From NCBI GenBank assembly GCA_976226885.1, contig OZ320314.1, positions 72,478,001-72,542,000 on the forward strand: a DNA stretch of 64,000 bases, written 5' to 3'. The stretch comes from Iphione sp. A-MEVVRFRX5. Taxonomy: Eukaryota. The translations under genes were made by a program, and so were the position numbers. Positions 37,801 to 50,830 of the stretch are shown here, in pieces. The stretch's first letter is position 1; each line of letters starts with the position of its first letter. The notes below the pieces were generated by a model, which saw nothing but the letters and a program-made list of their open reading frames with translations, was not told the DNA's origin and ran no database searches.

Positions 37801-40800
37801 ATTTGTTCCCATTTGGAGAAAAAGACGTACAAGTATGTACAGAACATCTACTTCGTCAAACAAGGTGACTTGCTCCAACTCCAACGCGGTGTATACGTTC
37901 TTTAGCAGATAAAAAGTCTCCCTGTATTGTAATGCCAGAGGTTCACAGTTCCAGAACCTTATAATACCAAGTGCTTACGTCCCTGGAACCGCATACCACC
38001 TCTCGGCGTGGTCGGTGTCCGTAGCCAAGCTACCTGGCTGCCTACGTTTTACTTTCACTCTACGTGAGAGCAAAGCTTACAGGTAGGGTAGTATTGTTCT
38101 TGCACTGGAAGGGGGTCTGGCTCAGACCTTTCATTTGGGCTAGCCCTGAGTGACAGGCCGCCCGGCACACACAATGATAAGCGCACCCTGCAAGGCCCCG
38201 TACACAGACTCTACAAAGCCTCCCAGCTAGTATTGCGCTTAATTTAGGACTCTGCTATGGGAGATGTGCTCAGTCATGCTTAGTATAGTGTCGTTGAATG
38301 GTCTCCAACTCCCCTTCGCGGCCTCCACAACACCTCTGGCCCTCCTCCTCCCAACGCCTAAAAAGCCGAGGCCTTCGTTCGAACAAAAACACCACAGGTG
38401 TCTGGTCCAACTTCCTCATATAATGTAATCTGGGTGTACACGGACTGGAAATAGTAAGCGCTATACGAGACTAGATATTCAAGTCGGGCCGTATAGTCAC
38501 TATCCTGCTCTCATTTCATCACATTATTTTATGCACTACACTATGCGGTCTAATTACGTTTACTATTATGATAATTTGCCAATCTCAAGAGGCCATCAAC
38601 GAATTCTATATTCAGTCAGAGGAATAAGTCTTACACGTACACAGTTTGTTGTTGTACTATCTGGTTTTAAATTTCCCACAAAAGAATTTACGTGTGTCCA
38701 ATGTACACATAAAAATGCTTGTGTTTACATGTATTGATGTATAAGGAGATGTAAAACAGCGATTTTATATGGCAAGGCAAGTCTAGATGGCCTTAAAAAC
38801 ATGCATCAATCAGACCACATCTGCGTGTACGTGCGTATAAAAATACACGGATTCTTATTGACAGAATCTGTGTCGTGTCTTTGGTGTGCATGCTTCATAT
38901 ATTGAGGACCCCCCCTTACAACAACAGTAATACGTTTTGTTTCCAAGTACCTTTTCAGTGATTTTATGCCCATTTGTTCCCCCTCAAAGATAGGCACCCA
39001 TGCATATTTAGCCGCCCACCATTTGTTGCCTGTAAGGCCTAAGTATTGCAGGCGTGAGATTATTTAACTCAAACATGCACGGGCAGATTATGGTCTGGCG
39101 ATTAATCTCTAGAGTCTATACACCTCCACCGGAGATCCGTGCAGTCATAACATACAGCGAGTTGTGAAGGGACGACTATGCCCTTTCGGACCGATTGAGA
39201 ATATGTGGACCACTCGTTGAGAGACTGATCGGTGCGACTGTAAACCTTGACCAATGGATCCCGGAAATCCAGAGTTAATAGTTGCCTTGCAAAATATGCC
39301 CCGACTAAGCAGTATTTATTCTGCTTCGCTATACACCTGTGGCCTTAGATTCGAGCACACATGGCCGTGCTTAAAGAGCCGCCAGCAATGTAAACACACC
39401 GTGTCCCACTCCCTGAATGCTTCCACTGGCCAATCAGCTGATTCTGCCAATGCGTCGGCCACTTCGGCCAGCTAGTGACAGTTCTCTCCTGGAGCAACGT
39501 TTTTCTTCTATCATATGGGAGATAAAATGAGTTTTATAGCGCGTGGGTGGCCACGAGCAAAATAAACGATGTCTTTTTTCTCCTTGCATTCCCGTGCATA
39601 AGATAACGGGCAGGTGAAAGCATCCATACTTGAGAACAGCTGTCCTGGTTATGGGGAGAAATTGGCCGATTATCGGGGGATCAGCAGTTCATATGCATCA
39701 TCTTGGATGTTAGAGATTCGAGCCCTGATGCGCCATGGCGTGTCCATGTGGCGGGTACGGCGTATCAACTGAGTTATGAGCCCCGAAAACATGAATGATC
39801 CGTCTTCCTGTCGCTGCAGATCTGTGTTTTTTTCGGAAGATGCTTTACCTTAGGACGTCACCTGAACTTTAAATCAGAGCGCATAATCACTACAGGTGTG
39901 CAGGGTAAACGTTACATGGCTTCCCAACAAGCTGGACGACTTGTAATACAAATAACAGACATGTTACCGGGTCGATATGAGGAATATAATGAAAAAAGGA
40001 GGGGGAGGTGAGAGAGAAAAAGTTCAGTTTCTTATTCACTCACACGCAAGCACACATTTGAACATATGTTTAAAGGAAACTAGGGTGAAGCAGCAAGGCT
40101 ATCCTGCTTGCAGCATTCTATGCCATTCCACAAGTAACACCTGTCCTCCAGAAATCATTTTTACTAAGCAGAGAAACATCTCTATGGCAAAGCCAGGAAT
40201 CGTCCATGAAAATGTAGGCCGCGTGTCTGCATGCATGTGTTAAGGCGTGTGATAGTGCTAGCACATGTAGTGTGTATGTGTGTGCGGGTGTAAAGTGTGT
40301 CTGTGGTGCGTGTGTGTGTCGATAGTTGTGTTGCAGGGGCGTCTGTGTACACATGTATACATGTAGCATGCTTTCCAGGCTGAGTGAAAGCATTGGAGAG
40401 AAGTTAAATTGCTCATCCGATAAGTTTCAATTTAAACGTTAAGTCCGGGTAGTTCTAGATGCACTTGGTGTCCCTTCCTGCCCACAGGGAACGGTTTTAT
40501 TGATAGTCCCAAGCCGTCAACACTTGTCATAAAGCCTCGCGGTTCCTACATTATCGCCTAACTCCACACAGCAACTTATCACTGTCATCCCTCCCTCCCC
40601 CCTCAATACCATCTCCGCATTCTTTTCTGGCTCGTCGGCGTTTCATCTAATTGGTGGCTAAAGTTGAGGCTGCAGTGCACAAAACTCGCATGCCAACGAC
40701 AAATCTAGTATGCTTTTAATCTCCTTCTCGTGTTTCTTTTCCTGAAGCACATAATCAAATATTTTCTGTTGATTTCCCCCAGGACGTCGTGGGTATTCCT

Positions 40801-43800
40801 GCCTGCCAAATCAACATATGCCACGACTGAGGCCAGTAATTGCTTATTAATTATTAACCGATAAAATCCCTTTTGTAGGAGAAGCTGCAGCTTAAACCGG
40901 GACACAAACGCTCATATATTCTCTCTGTGCGGAACAATATAGATAGACTGATAAAAAGTCACTCGACGAAAACTATGAAATGCTCCACATTAAGGGTAAT
41001 TCTTATACTTTTACAGCAATCATGCGTACTGAATTTTTTCGACTTTTTTTCAGCAGGGTGTTGCATGCGTTATGGTACACTTTTTAAACTTTTCCTTCGC
41101 TCTGCATTTGAACAAAAACTCGTCCTACTTACTAGAAATGTACCCGACAAAAAATAACCAGTTCGGTAGTCTGTCTAGAGACATGTAGGGCCCAGGGGTA
41201 GACGAGTGGCCCGCGATGTATTGAGCCTCGGACGCATATAAAGCGGATGTTGAGACTCTACAGAGACCCTCTAGTGGACAGTGCAGGTTTGCCTGTCGTG
41301 GCCTTCCGACGCGACCGCTGATTCCATAATAATCAATTGATCTCGCTTCAGTGGTGCGGCCGTCGGGGGAGGCGATACCGTAAAATCTCATCTTTCTGGC
41401 AGTGTGTATCTGTGCATCTAATCGGTATGACCTTGTCCAATATGCCCGCCAGTAAGGAGCGAAGCCCTGGAATTAGGTATGAAATGTATGCTAAATACCG
41501 GCCTATACTACTGCACGTTAGAATCTCGCCCATTTTTCTTTATATATATATATTGGAGACGTTTGTCCTGATCTAAATAAACGTAATGGTTACATTCTAA
41601 TATTAGCGTTGTTACTTATCTCTTACTTCTGAGTCTCTATCAACTTACCCATCTACATTTTGTATTTATCACCCAATGATGCATTCTGACTTAAAAGAGC
41701 CCAGGTGATTTTCTACCTTATCGATGTCTGGTCACCTAGCTTATCTACGCACATATTTTCTTATCTAACTAATGAGTATCGAGGTTTGTAATGGAACTAT
41801 GCATATATTTACATGTGCCTGACTGAAGCATCCCCCTTTAGCAGAATGAGTGAAAATGGTTGTGAAAACCTGCCATGTAGACTGCAGCCGAATTAGAGAG
41901 CACGCCAAAAAAATATGGGCGCGCGAGAGGAAGGCTCACAATAGGTCCTATTCTGGCACCACTATGAAAGAAGTGCACTTGTGTTTTTTTGAAAGGGAAT
42001 GAAAGACAGAAGTGGTGGTGGTTGGGGAGTAGTAAAGAAGGATGTCCACAAGGCTGTCTGGCGGCTGTAGTCTGCTCCGATATAAGTACACAGAGGGAGA
42101 GGGGAGGGGCGGTGCATGGTAGTCCCCATTGGCTCACGGCTGTCAGCCTCTGAAGGCTACCATCAATGGTAGCACTGACGCATTTCCGATGTTCCCACTC
42201 ACTTTAGATGTGGCTGTTACTTGGTCTCAATCTAATCTATAACTAGAGTGTGATCACCGTGTGGCATACCTCTTGATGTTTGGGGGAAAATAGTGCACAT
42301 CATCCATCATTCTGCCCTCCCTGTAATCCACCTAAATGAGTAACAGAATCCAGCGGAAGCCTTCACGTCCGATTCCAAGTCCGTCCCCGACAAAATAGAG
42401 AAACAATGCTAATTCCGCCAAATCTAATTTACCCAAGACTCAATCCGCGCCGGAGGAGATATTCAATTTGAAACGGGGAAGGATCAGGTTTAGGTGGGGA
42501 ATATTTGCCGGCACCAAGGGCGGGATCAATGAAATCAGCCTGGTTCAACGGTCTGGTGCAATGGCGAGTGCAGTATAGATGGTGCAATGGCCAAGGTTGT
42601 CGCGAATAACCCCCAAGTTTGCAGTCCTCCGCCCCACACCAAAACCGAATATCGGGGTGCATGTGTTGGTGGTAACTTGATGTCATTATCACTCTGCCTT
42701 GGGTGGGCATCAGCGGTCAGTAGAAGTCGATACCAGGCAGAACTGCTGAAATATGTATGGGCGCGACCTCGGCTGTCACAATGGAGCATAGATAAACCCA
42801 GCGCCATCGTCTGACTAACCGAGGATTTGCTGTAAGAGCACTGAATAGTATTGCTTGGGCGGGTCCAAGGTTGAGCGGGCGAGAGCCCCAGTCTCCATCA
42901 GGTCCAATCGTAGACAGGCTGCCGATCGATAAACTCCCTGCTTGCCTCGATCGTCAGCAGAGCGAGGTGAGATCGTTTTTGTCATCCACTCGGCACGTTC
43001 GCACTCGACAATTTCGAGCACAAATACATGTACGTGGAACTGCCTAGCTGCGTTTCTGGTAGTGGTGAATGTTGCACCGTTGCAACGCCGTCGCTGACAA
43101 CGACGTCTTTTACTTTTGCTACAAATTGGCGGCCAGGATGATACATTGTAACATCACGTAACGTGCGGTTGGCGACGACACGGCCCCGCCCACTACGCTC
43201 GAGTTATTTACTGCCTGCAGCGTGCTGGGTCTTAAAGGTGAACCATCATCTGACAATAAAGTTGTTAAGGAGCTCCAAATTTTGAAGTGAACTGTTACAT
43301 CCTCCCCAAAACAATTCGTACGCATTTACAGCCCCGGCCTGCCGTAGGCCCTACCTTGCTGGATGATCTCTAACCTTTACCAAACAGGCCGCAATGACGG
43401 GGTGGGCCGGTATTGACTCAGTGAATGTACCCACTGTAGGCTGCTAATATTTGGACAAGGCGTTCTAAATAGCACCCAAAACGGTCAATCAGTACCCACG
43501 TAACAGACCCAGTTCCTATTCAGCCATTGAATGACCTGCCTATCAGTGGATAATTTAGGCAGTGTGCATACGTACCGCAACTGCTGTAGATGTATATCGA
43601 ATCTCTGCCTAACAGTAACACGTGGCAGTCGTCTCCTTAGTAAATCATCTTTTTTCACTTGACAAAAGAAGGACTGAAGAGGAGCGGCAACATGTCTCTT
43701 TTTTAATTAGGGGAAAGATTTTCTCCGCAGAATAGATTTGTAGTGATTTGCATAGCCTGTCATGGCAGTAATTGACAACCCCCCTCCTCCCCCTGTCACT

Positions 43801-44151
43801 AAATGAGAAACGACAGACTCTCGCATGCCTAGACAAACAGGGGGATGTCATATCGTAATGTATGCATCTAACACGAATTATCCATGATGTCATTGATAAC
43901 TTATCTCTCGGCTCGTCCTCTAGTATAGCCCTTGGAGTTTGCCCTATATGTATTGTCAAGCTACAAGGATCCCCGGTGTGGCAGTAACATGCGATTTTAC
44001 ACTAACGGTTGCTGGAAATTCAAAAAGAGATGTACATCTTGGCATTAACGTAATTGGCAACGTAAGCCACCCAGTTCAAGACCTAATCGTGTTGGGAAAA
44101 AAAGAACATACCATTCAGGAATTAACTGTTTGAAGAGGAAACGTCACTTAC

Positions 44152-44244
44152 CTCCTCCTCTGGTGTAGTGTTCACTGAATCCATGCTTTGACTTAATGTC
44201 ATAGCAGCTTCAGTAGTGAGTCCACTGTTATTATGTGTGGTCAT
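44152..44244 (-). CDS. Probable first coding exon (31 codons) of an unidentified minus-strand gene
   Basis: ataataATGA start context (A at -3), open frame MTTHNNSGLTTEAAMTLSQSMDSVNTTPEEE, ending in a consensus phase-0 donor GAG|GTAAGT (GT at 44151-44150). Preceded by about 450 nt of 5'UTR-like CpG-rich sequence. Product not recognised. Confidence 0.6.
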
Positions 44245-44830
44245 TATTATACCGATATGGGAGGAACCTGTTTGTCCGGGAATGGTTGACTGACGTACGG
44301 TTTCCACTAGGGAAAATTTCTCACACAAGCAAAAGGCTCCTACGGTGAAGACAGGTACAGTGGGCGGCACGGGCCGACAGTGACGGGCGAAGAGGGAAGG
44401 CCGGTGCGCTCAGCCAGCCGTGTAGACGTCGTGTGTGAAGTAGTAGACTCGTCCGTCGAACAAGCGTGGTCGGCAGGGGGGAGGGATTCGGCCTCCTTGC
44501 TACTAGCCTATCGGCGCTGTGATGGTGCGTGAAAGTTGCGGTGCCTGCAGGTCAGGTGCGAAGGCCAGCTTGATGTCAGTCGCAGAGATGCTACATACAG
44601 CCTGAAGACACGTGGGTGCGGGTACGACTGGGGACTGTTGTGGCCGGTCGCCTCTTTTACGCTCACTACTGCGGCGCTCGGCGCTCAGCAGTTTATTTTG
44701 TTATTCTAATATCGACACACTCTGCCGTGACGTCACCGCCCGCTGGTCTCCGTTCTATCGCGCGCAAACCGCGTTGCTCTTTCACCTCAGTTTGGTTCTC
44801 TGCAAGCAATTTTTAGCGAAATAAAACAGG
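44245..44830 (-). promoter_or_regulatory. CpG-rich promoter / 5'UTR of the minus-strand gene, with a full CRE palindrome
   Basis: Dense CpG, TGACGTCA at 44728-44735, directly upstream of the candidate first exon. Confidence 0.5.
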
Positions 44831-46675
44831 TCGTCTATATAGAGCATATGTCAGTTGTATACACAAACGGGTTAGTTTGTCCGAAGGCCCGATGGTTTTC
44901 TTGAACCAAGCAAGAGTATTACAGCGCAATTTGCAGCAATACCACACAGGCAGATTGGCGTTGTTCACCTGGCTATGTAGCCTAATACCTGGAGCGCCAA
45001 GATCGCTGCAAGTACCCGGTAGGGTGGGTGTAATGATCCATTCCGCCAGTCAGGGCACACATGACGGCGGCGTCTGTACGACAGAGTGTTGCAAAAGGAG
45101 ATCTTTCGCAACCAGTTAAAATATTTATATGTTAATGTGTATATACATGTACATACACTTACATGTACATGTATGCAGCATGGTTGTGTACTTCTAGTCC
45201 ACCTTAGAAGATGCCGTGAGGGTGATAATGACGACAGCGGTATCATACCGCTTACTCCGCCACTTTTTACGCGTGAGACTCAGGTGCTACATAGAATAAT
45301 ACACTAAATATGATGTCATGTCTACTTAATTGCCATATTCATTTCCTTTGGTTTAAAGGTTCAAAATGATAATAATTTCATTAGCATTTATTCAAATACA
45401 ACGATCCAGGGCAGAAAAAGACCAGGGTCATCAAAAAGTATAAATTTTTCGTTTTTAAAGCGTGACATCCAGCACGAAATAAACGTTGCATTATGAAAAA
45501 CTTGCAATAGCTCACTTAAGTTGATATGCAAATAAGATTTATTGTACATACTCCTATGTAGTGGCCACTTAGTCTACTGGATTTGTGGTGTATAATCAGG
45601 AATCAGGTTGTGGAGGATACCAGAATTAGGCTATATTTCCATGTGCCTGTGTTTGGCCGTGTTCTTCATGTTAGTTTCATGCCTTTCCATGTATTGAGGC
45701 TAGGGGAATACATGGAAGATATGCTTCAATGTAAACTGTATTTCCACATCTGTTTACGAGCTTCAGAGACACAGATACATGCAAGCAGTCGAATTGATAA
45801 ACATAGAGCCCAAAACAACCATGGCTGTAATAACATGGTCATATGAAAGCTAGGCTGCATAGATTAAGCTACGTAGATTATGAATAGCACTTTTCATAAG
45901 ATGTCAGCAGGGTTTGCATTGAAAATTAACCCACTGATCATTGGGAAACATATTTCTGCATGAGAGCTCCAATAAAATGCTAAGTGTATAGCTATATTAA
46001 TCCAATAATAATGATCCTTAGACTACAATGGTATGATAACTGAACAAACTGATTCAGAGTTAAATTCTTTACATCATCAGGAACGCAATCTCCCTTGGAC
46101 TTCTGGCAACATCTCCTGATAGACCTGAGCAGGACAAATTTCCCACCAAATCAGAATCGCTATTTATATCAGATTTACAAATAATAGTCAATAGAAATTA
46201 AGAATTTTAAAGGAAAACAACCAGTTATTGACATAAATCTGACTGATGGTCATAAGTTCTGCTTATATTCAATAACCAGCAGCTGCATAATAAAACAATA
46301 TGTGTGTCTGCTTGGATTTTGATTCTGTTTTGGTAAGTACTAAACAATTATTTTCTAAGGGATCGTGTTTTGCTTCTATGCCAGGTTTATCCAATGGTTT
46401 CATCCAATGTCTGTTATAAACACAACTTGAATACACGTAATGAATGATGTATATATGAGCTCTGTATAAACTCTGTTCATTTATTCATCTAGGTACATGT
46501 ACATTGCTTTGATTGTAGCATCTTCTATTGGGTAAAATGTTATGATGATATATTATAAAACATGATACAAATTAGGGATATATCAATATACCATATTCCC
46601 CGATAAAACCTTGACTTTGTTGACTGATTATTTATTTAATAATTCAATATCAATAATAGAAATAGTGAGCTTTCT

Positions 46676-47220
46676 GTGGGAGAGAGATAGAGACATGCAA
46701 GGAGTGAGCTAGATAAGGAAAGGGGGAGATGGAAGGGTACTTCCCTTACTGGTTGAAAAATAGGAGGGATAGGTTGCTGAAAGGAAGAGATTGATGGGAG
46801 AGAGGGATAGGCTGAGGCAAAAATGGTTGAGGAGAGAAATGAGTACGGGGACCGAGAGAAACTTTAAGGGAGGAGGTCGGATGGAGAAGAGGAGAGATTT
46901 GAAGGATGGTGAGAGGTTAAGAGAAGGAAGGAGAGGTTGAGGAGCAGGAAGATGTTTGTCAGAGGCGGAGATTAACTAGAGAGGAAGAGGTTAAGCTAAT
47001 GAAGGGAGAAGTTCAAGGGTTGGGGGGGAGAAGAGATAATAAGAGTGAGGTACAAATTGAAGAGAGAGAAGTGGGGGATAATTGGGGGGGGGGCAATAAT
47101 AGGGCAGATATCAAAGGGAGACAGGGAGAGTGAAAGAGGGATGAGAGCTAGAAAGAGAAACTTAAGGAGAGAAGAGGGAAGAATTGGTAAGAAGGATGGA
47201 GATGTTGAGGAAAAGTAGGT
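46676..47220 (+). repeat. About 550-bp purine-rich (GA) low-complexity tract
   Basis: The plus strand is overwhelmingly G/A with very few C and no clean periodicity. Confidence 0.75.
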
Positions 47221-47759
47221 TAGTTACGACTCAATACATGACCACATTTACTTTCAGAGGTACCTTTGACCTTGTAGAATGGGGAAAAACATATGTGTAA
47301 AATGTACATTGAAGTAATATACCGTCAGAGTAAGGGTGGTTGACAACTACGATTGGGAAAAATGGGTGCAGACAGTACTAAAATATCTAAATATCAAATT
47401 AAACCATGTATTAAACGTTTCACACATATTTCCCAGAACATGCAAAAAGCCGATGGAATCCAGAATTTAAAGAGTTAGAAATCTTTAAAACTGATCCGTT
47501 ATGCACTAAATTTTGCATGGAATCTGACTGTTAGAGGATTGGACGACAACACAAGAATGTTGATCTGTATGGCTACGGTTCGTTTCATCCTGTCAGGAAC
47601 GTATTTTCTATCAATATTGAAAACTCCTTTACATCCGAAGGTCAAATCTGGTGTCACTGTATTATTTTCAAAGAGCAATATCTACTAACATGTATATTTA
47701 CACAAACACTGTATGTTGCTTTATTCAGATACAGACAATTTTATAATCGTTTTCAATTT

Positions 47760-48100
47760 CATTTCATTTCATTGTATCTTTTACCAGGAATATATTCACC
47801 TATCATATGACAGGGATCTTCCATATCCTCCTGGGGTAGCATACTACCATCTATTGTTAAGAATTGAGAGACCAGAATACCCGGGGTTGCCCCCTACTCT
47901 TATTTCGAATAGGTTTCTGGGGTCTTTTTGTGCATAGGGGACAGAATCCTATACACCCACGGCCTTTTTACGAGTTGTGGACCACTCTGGGTTGGGGCTA
48001 CAGTAAATCTGTCTGGTCTTGATCAAAAGTCCCAGGCCTAGGATTGAACCTGTGACCTCTCAGTCAGTGGACCAGTGCTCTACCACTGAGCTAACTCCCC
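47760..48100 (-). mobile_element. tRNA-derived SINE
   Basis: Minus-strand head GGGGAGTTAGCTCAGTGGTAGAGCAC...GGTTCAATCCTAGGCCTGGGAC with A box (48093-48083) and B box (48050-48041). It runs into a non-tRNA body containing (plus strand) CCCTACTCTTATTTCGAATAG, which from memory resembles conserved central domains of marine-invertebrate SINEs. ATGAA-type repeats lie at the 3' end. Confidence 0.75.
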
Positions 48101-49050
48101 ACCAAGGTGCATTGTTTGTCTTTACGGTTGTGCATACCTTTATGTGGCAAATCTTGGTTTCGGAACACTGCGATCTCACTGGAAGGAATGTTCAAACATC
48201 ATCTTTTCCCTATTGTCAACAAAATTTAATCTACAGTACATGTACACGAGGAACTCTAGACCAAGAACAAAAGTACGGAAAATAGAAGCGTTTAACACTG
48301 TCGTTAAGATATGTGTAAAGATACATGTTAAGCACACCATTCGCCAAATGCTCATGTAATGCATATATCTTCTCTTACATGGGTTAGAGGTAAATCATTT
48401 ATCATAGAAAAGAGACAGATTCCAAACCTTAGTTTGTGTGACTGTCACAGTTGATTGCCTCTTATGTCACTATATAAAAACCGGTCTATTGCATAACTAT
48501 CACAGGGCACAATTACTAAAAAGGTGCGGTCTGTTAGCATAAAAAGACAGTTATATCTTTAATATACACTAGCTGTTTTTCTAAATTTCTTTCTGATATA
48601 ATGACACCGAATAACGACTGTGTTGGCATACTGAACGCAAAGTACAGACCGCAGTATGAAGTCATTCACTGACACTTCTCCTTATGATTCATATTTCCTG
48701 CATAGGGATTTTCAGCCAACTATCTACTATCACCAAGTATCGAATAACTTACTAGTGATCCTACATAAACTGACTGCGCACTGGCCCCTGGATATTGTAT
48801 TTGGGGGGGGGTGGTAACCAGTCGAATGCCGATTTCTGACCATACTATTTAGCAACCAAAACCTTAAATATGGACCATATGAGCTTGGAACAGATTGTTT
48901 TCCCTTTGCCAACATGTATACAGAGGTTACTCCAAATCTGAACACTCAAAAACCAAATTTCCCCATTTCTGAATGATATTTCTGGGAACCAAATGTTTTT
49001 CTCTATTTAGACACTCATATAACCGAACGTTTCTATCTGAAATCCGAATG

Positions 49051-49168
49051 ATTTCTGGACAAATTTGGCTGTGTTTTGCCAATTTGGGGGCAAATTTGGC
49101 TGAATATCACCAATTTTTGGACAAATTTGCCTGAACTTTGCCGATTTTTGGATGAATTTGCTGAATGC
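49051..49168. repeat. Degenerate 31-bp tandem array, about 4 copies
   Basis: CAAATTT core at 49060, 49091, 49122 and a variant at about 49153. Confidence 0.8.
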
Positions 49169-49509
49169 TCTGTTTGAATACTACTGTTTGATGAGCTTAC
49201 ACCTCGGCAAGCTATTGGCAAGCCCTGGTCACTCTCACCCAAGTTTGTTATAAATAAGAGGAATGCGACACCACAGTCCAGAATGACTACCAAAGGTTAA
49301 AAGTGAAAAACAGATGTGTGAAATGATTGCATATAGGGGCTGTGACCTCCTAAAGTAAGAGACAACACAGGCAAAGCACAGAGCATCTAGCAAAGGTTAA
49401 TACAGATGTGCGAAACAATTACATAACAGCAATATGAGGGTTGCAACCTCCTAAAGTAATAGACAACACAGGCAAATTTGATGTTTTTCATCACTTTCTC
49501 CCTGAAATT

Positions 49510-49627
49510 AGCAATTTTTCAGCACTTTCTCCATGGAATTTACCACAATCTCCATGAAATAGTCATTTTTCGTTACTTTCTCCATGGAATTTGCCACAAT
49601 CTCCATGAAATAGTCGTTTTTCAGCAC
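49510..49627. repeat. 51-bp tandem duplication
   Basis: ACTTTCTCCATGGAATTT.CCACAATCTCCATGAAATAGTC at 49524 and 49575. Confidence 0.9.
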
Positions 49628-49956
49628 ATTCCTAGGGCCCCACTTAACTGATTGCAAGTGACAGTGGCATTAAGCCACTATTCAAAGTCTGAATTTTCTG
49701 AAATCCAAACAATTTTGGTGGAAACAGCAATTGTTCAGATTTGGAATATCCTCTGTACATCAGAATATCACTATGTGACCAGACAGATTTGTGGCCAAAC
49801 CACCCTGCCACCACACATCATAGGATCATGTCTATTGGATTTGAGTATCAATTTATGGGCAGAGGTATTTGCAGACTGAAGGGTTAATCATTGTCAAATG
49901 TGTGACCTTGAAAGGTTTTTCATTGTCTAATAAGCAAGCAGAGGTGTTAGCTCATA

Positions 49957-50160
49957 GAAAATTTGCCACTTTAAGGGCTTTAAGTCGTCAAATTCGCTAC
50001 CTTTTTTACTTTTACTTATCAAATTTGCCACTTTTAGGACTTCACTCGTCAAATTCACTGTTTTTTGACTTTGACTCATGAAATTCACCACCATTAGGAG
50101 TTTCAGTCATCAAATTTACTGCTTTTCGGAGATTTACTTGCCAAAGTCAACACTTTTTGT
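49957..50160. repeat. Degenerate 30-31-bp tandem array, about 7 copies
   Basis: AAATT cores at 49959, 49990, 50021, 50051, 50081 and 50112, each followed by ACTTTT/GACT motifs. Confidence 0.85.
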
Positions 50161-50355
50161 AACAAATAAGCTCAGACCACGATGTGACCAACACCATTAA
50201 TGCAACCTCTTGAGCTCAGAATGGAGGGGTGGTCACAAAGCAGCATTTGACTGTATATGTACATATGTCCCCTCACAGACACGTCTGGGATGCGGATGCT
50301 TCTACAATGCAGACAATTTGAATAGGAACTGAAATGCTTCTATAGTTAAGCATTA

Positions 50356-50830
50356 TAGTGGAACATCTTGAATGCGGATGGCTAATTTTTTAGAGCGTCC
50401 CCCTGCGGACACCCTCAAAGGTGACCTCTCTTCATGGTCTAAACCCCCTATTTAGCAGTCTAAACCTGCCGATTAGTGGTATATACCCGCATCATTGACA
50501 ACCTCTCTGATGTATCTCATGCCTCTGTTAACAATTGAAAGAGTGGTCGGGGAGACCAGGGGCGTCAACAGCAACCTCTCTGATGTCACTCACACTTCAA
50601 AATCAACACTTTTTTGACTCTTATTTGTCAAATTCAGTACTTTTAGGACTCTTACTTGTCAAATTCTGCACTTTAATGACTCATACTCAGCAAATTCTGC
50701 ACTTTTCCGACTCTTTTTCATCAAATTCTGCACTTTTTCATCAAATTCTGTGATCTATAATCAGGACACTTCTGAAATGCGGATGATTTGAAGCAGAACC
50801 GAGGATGTCCTGAATCGGGATGTTCAACTG
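50356..50830. mobile_element. Possible old TA-flanked MITE (Tc1/mariner/pogo-like) containing a 31-bp array at 50600-50752
   Basis: Left end TA|TAGTGGAACATC and right end (reverse complement) TA|CAGTTGAACATC; short degenerate TIR. Internal AAATT cores at 50630, 50661, 50692 and 50723. Confidence 0.4.

Noticed and set aside
37336-37905. Longest ORF in the track (189 aa), and 20553-21086 (177 aa)
   Set aside because: No recognisable domain; they run through low-complexity and homopolymer stretches; lengths are plausible by chance in GC-rich DNA.
1-45000. Apparent enrichment of TGACAG (TALE/Meis) sites and three copies of CTGTCAGCCTC (2073, 14473, 42141)
   Set aside because: A rough hand count of about 28 against about 22 expected on both strands is not a convincing excess, and a few triple 11-mers are expected by chance in 64 kb.
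48029-48100. tRNA gene
   Set aside because: The anticodon arm and acceptor stem are degenerate and the sequence continues into a SINE-like body; called as a SINE head.
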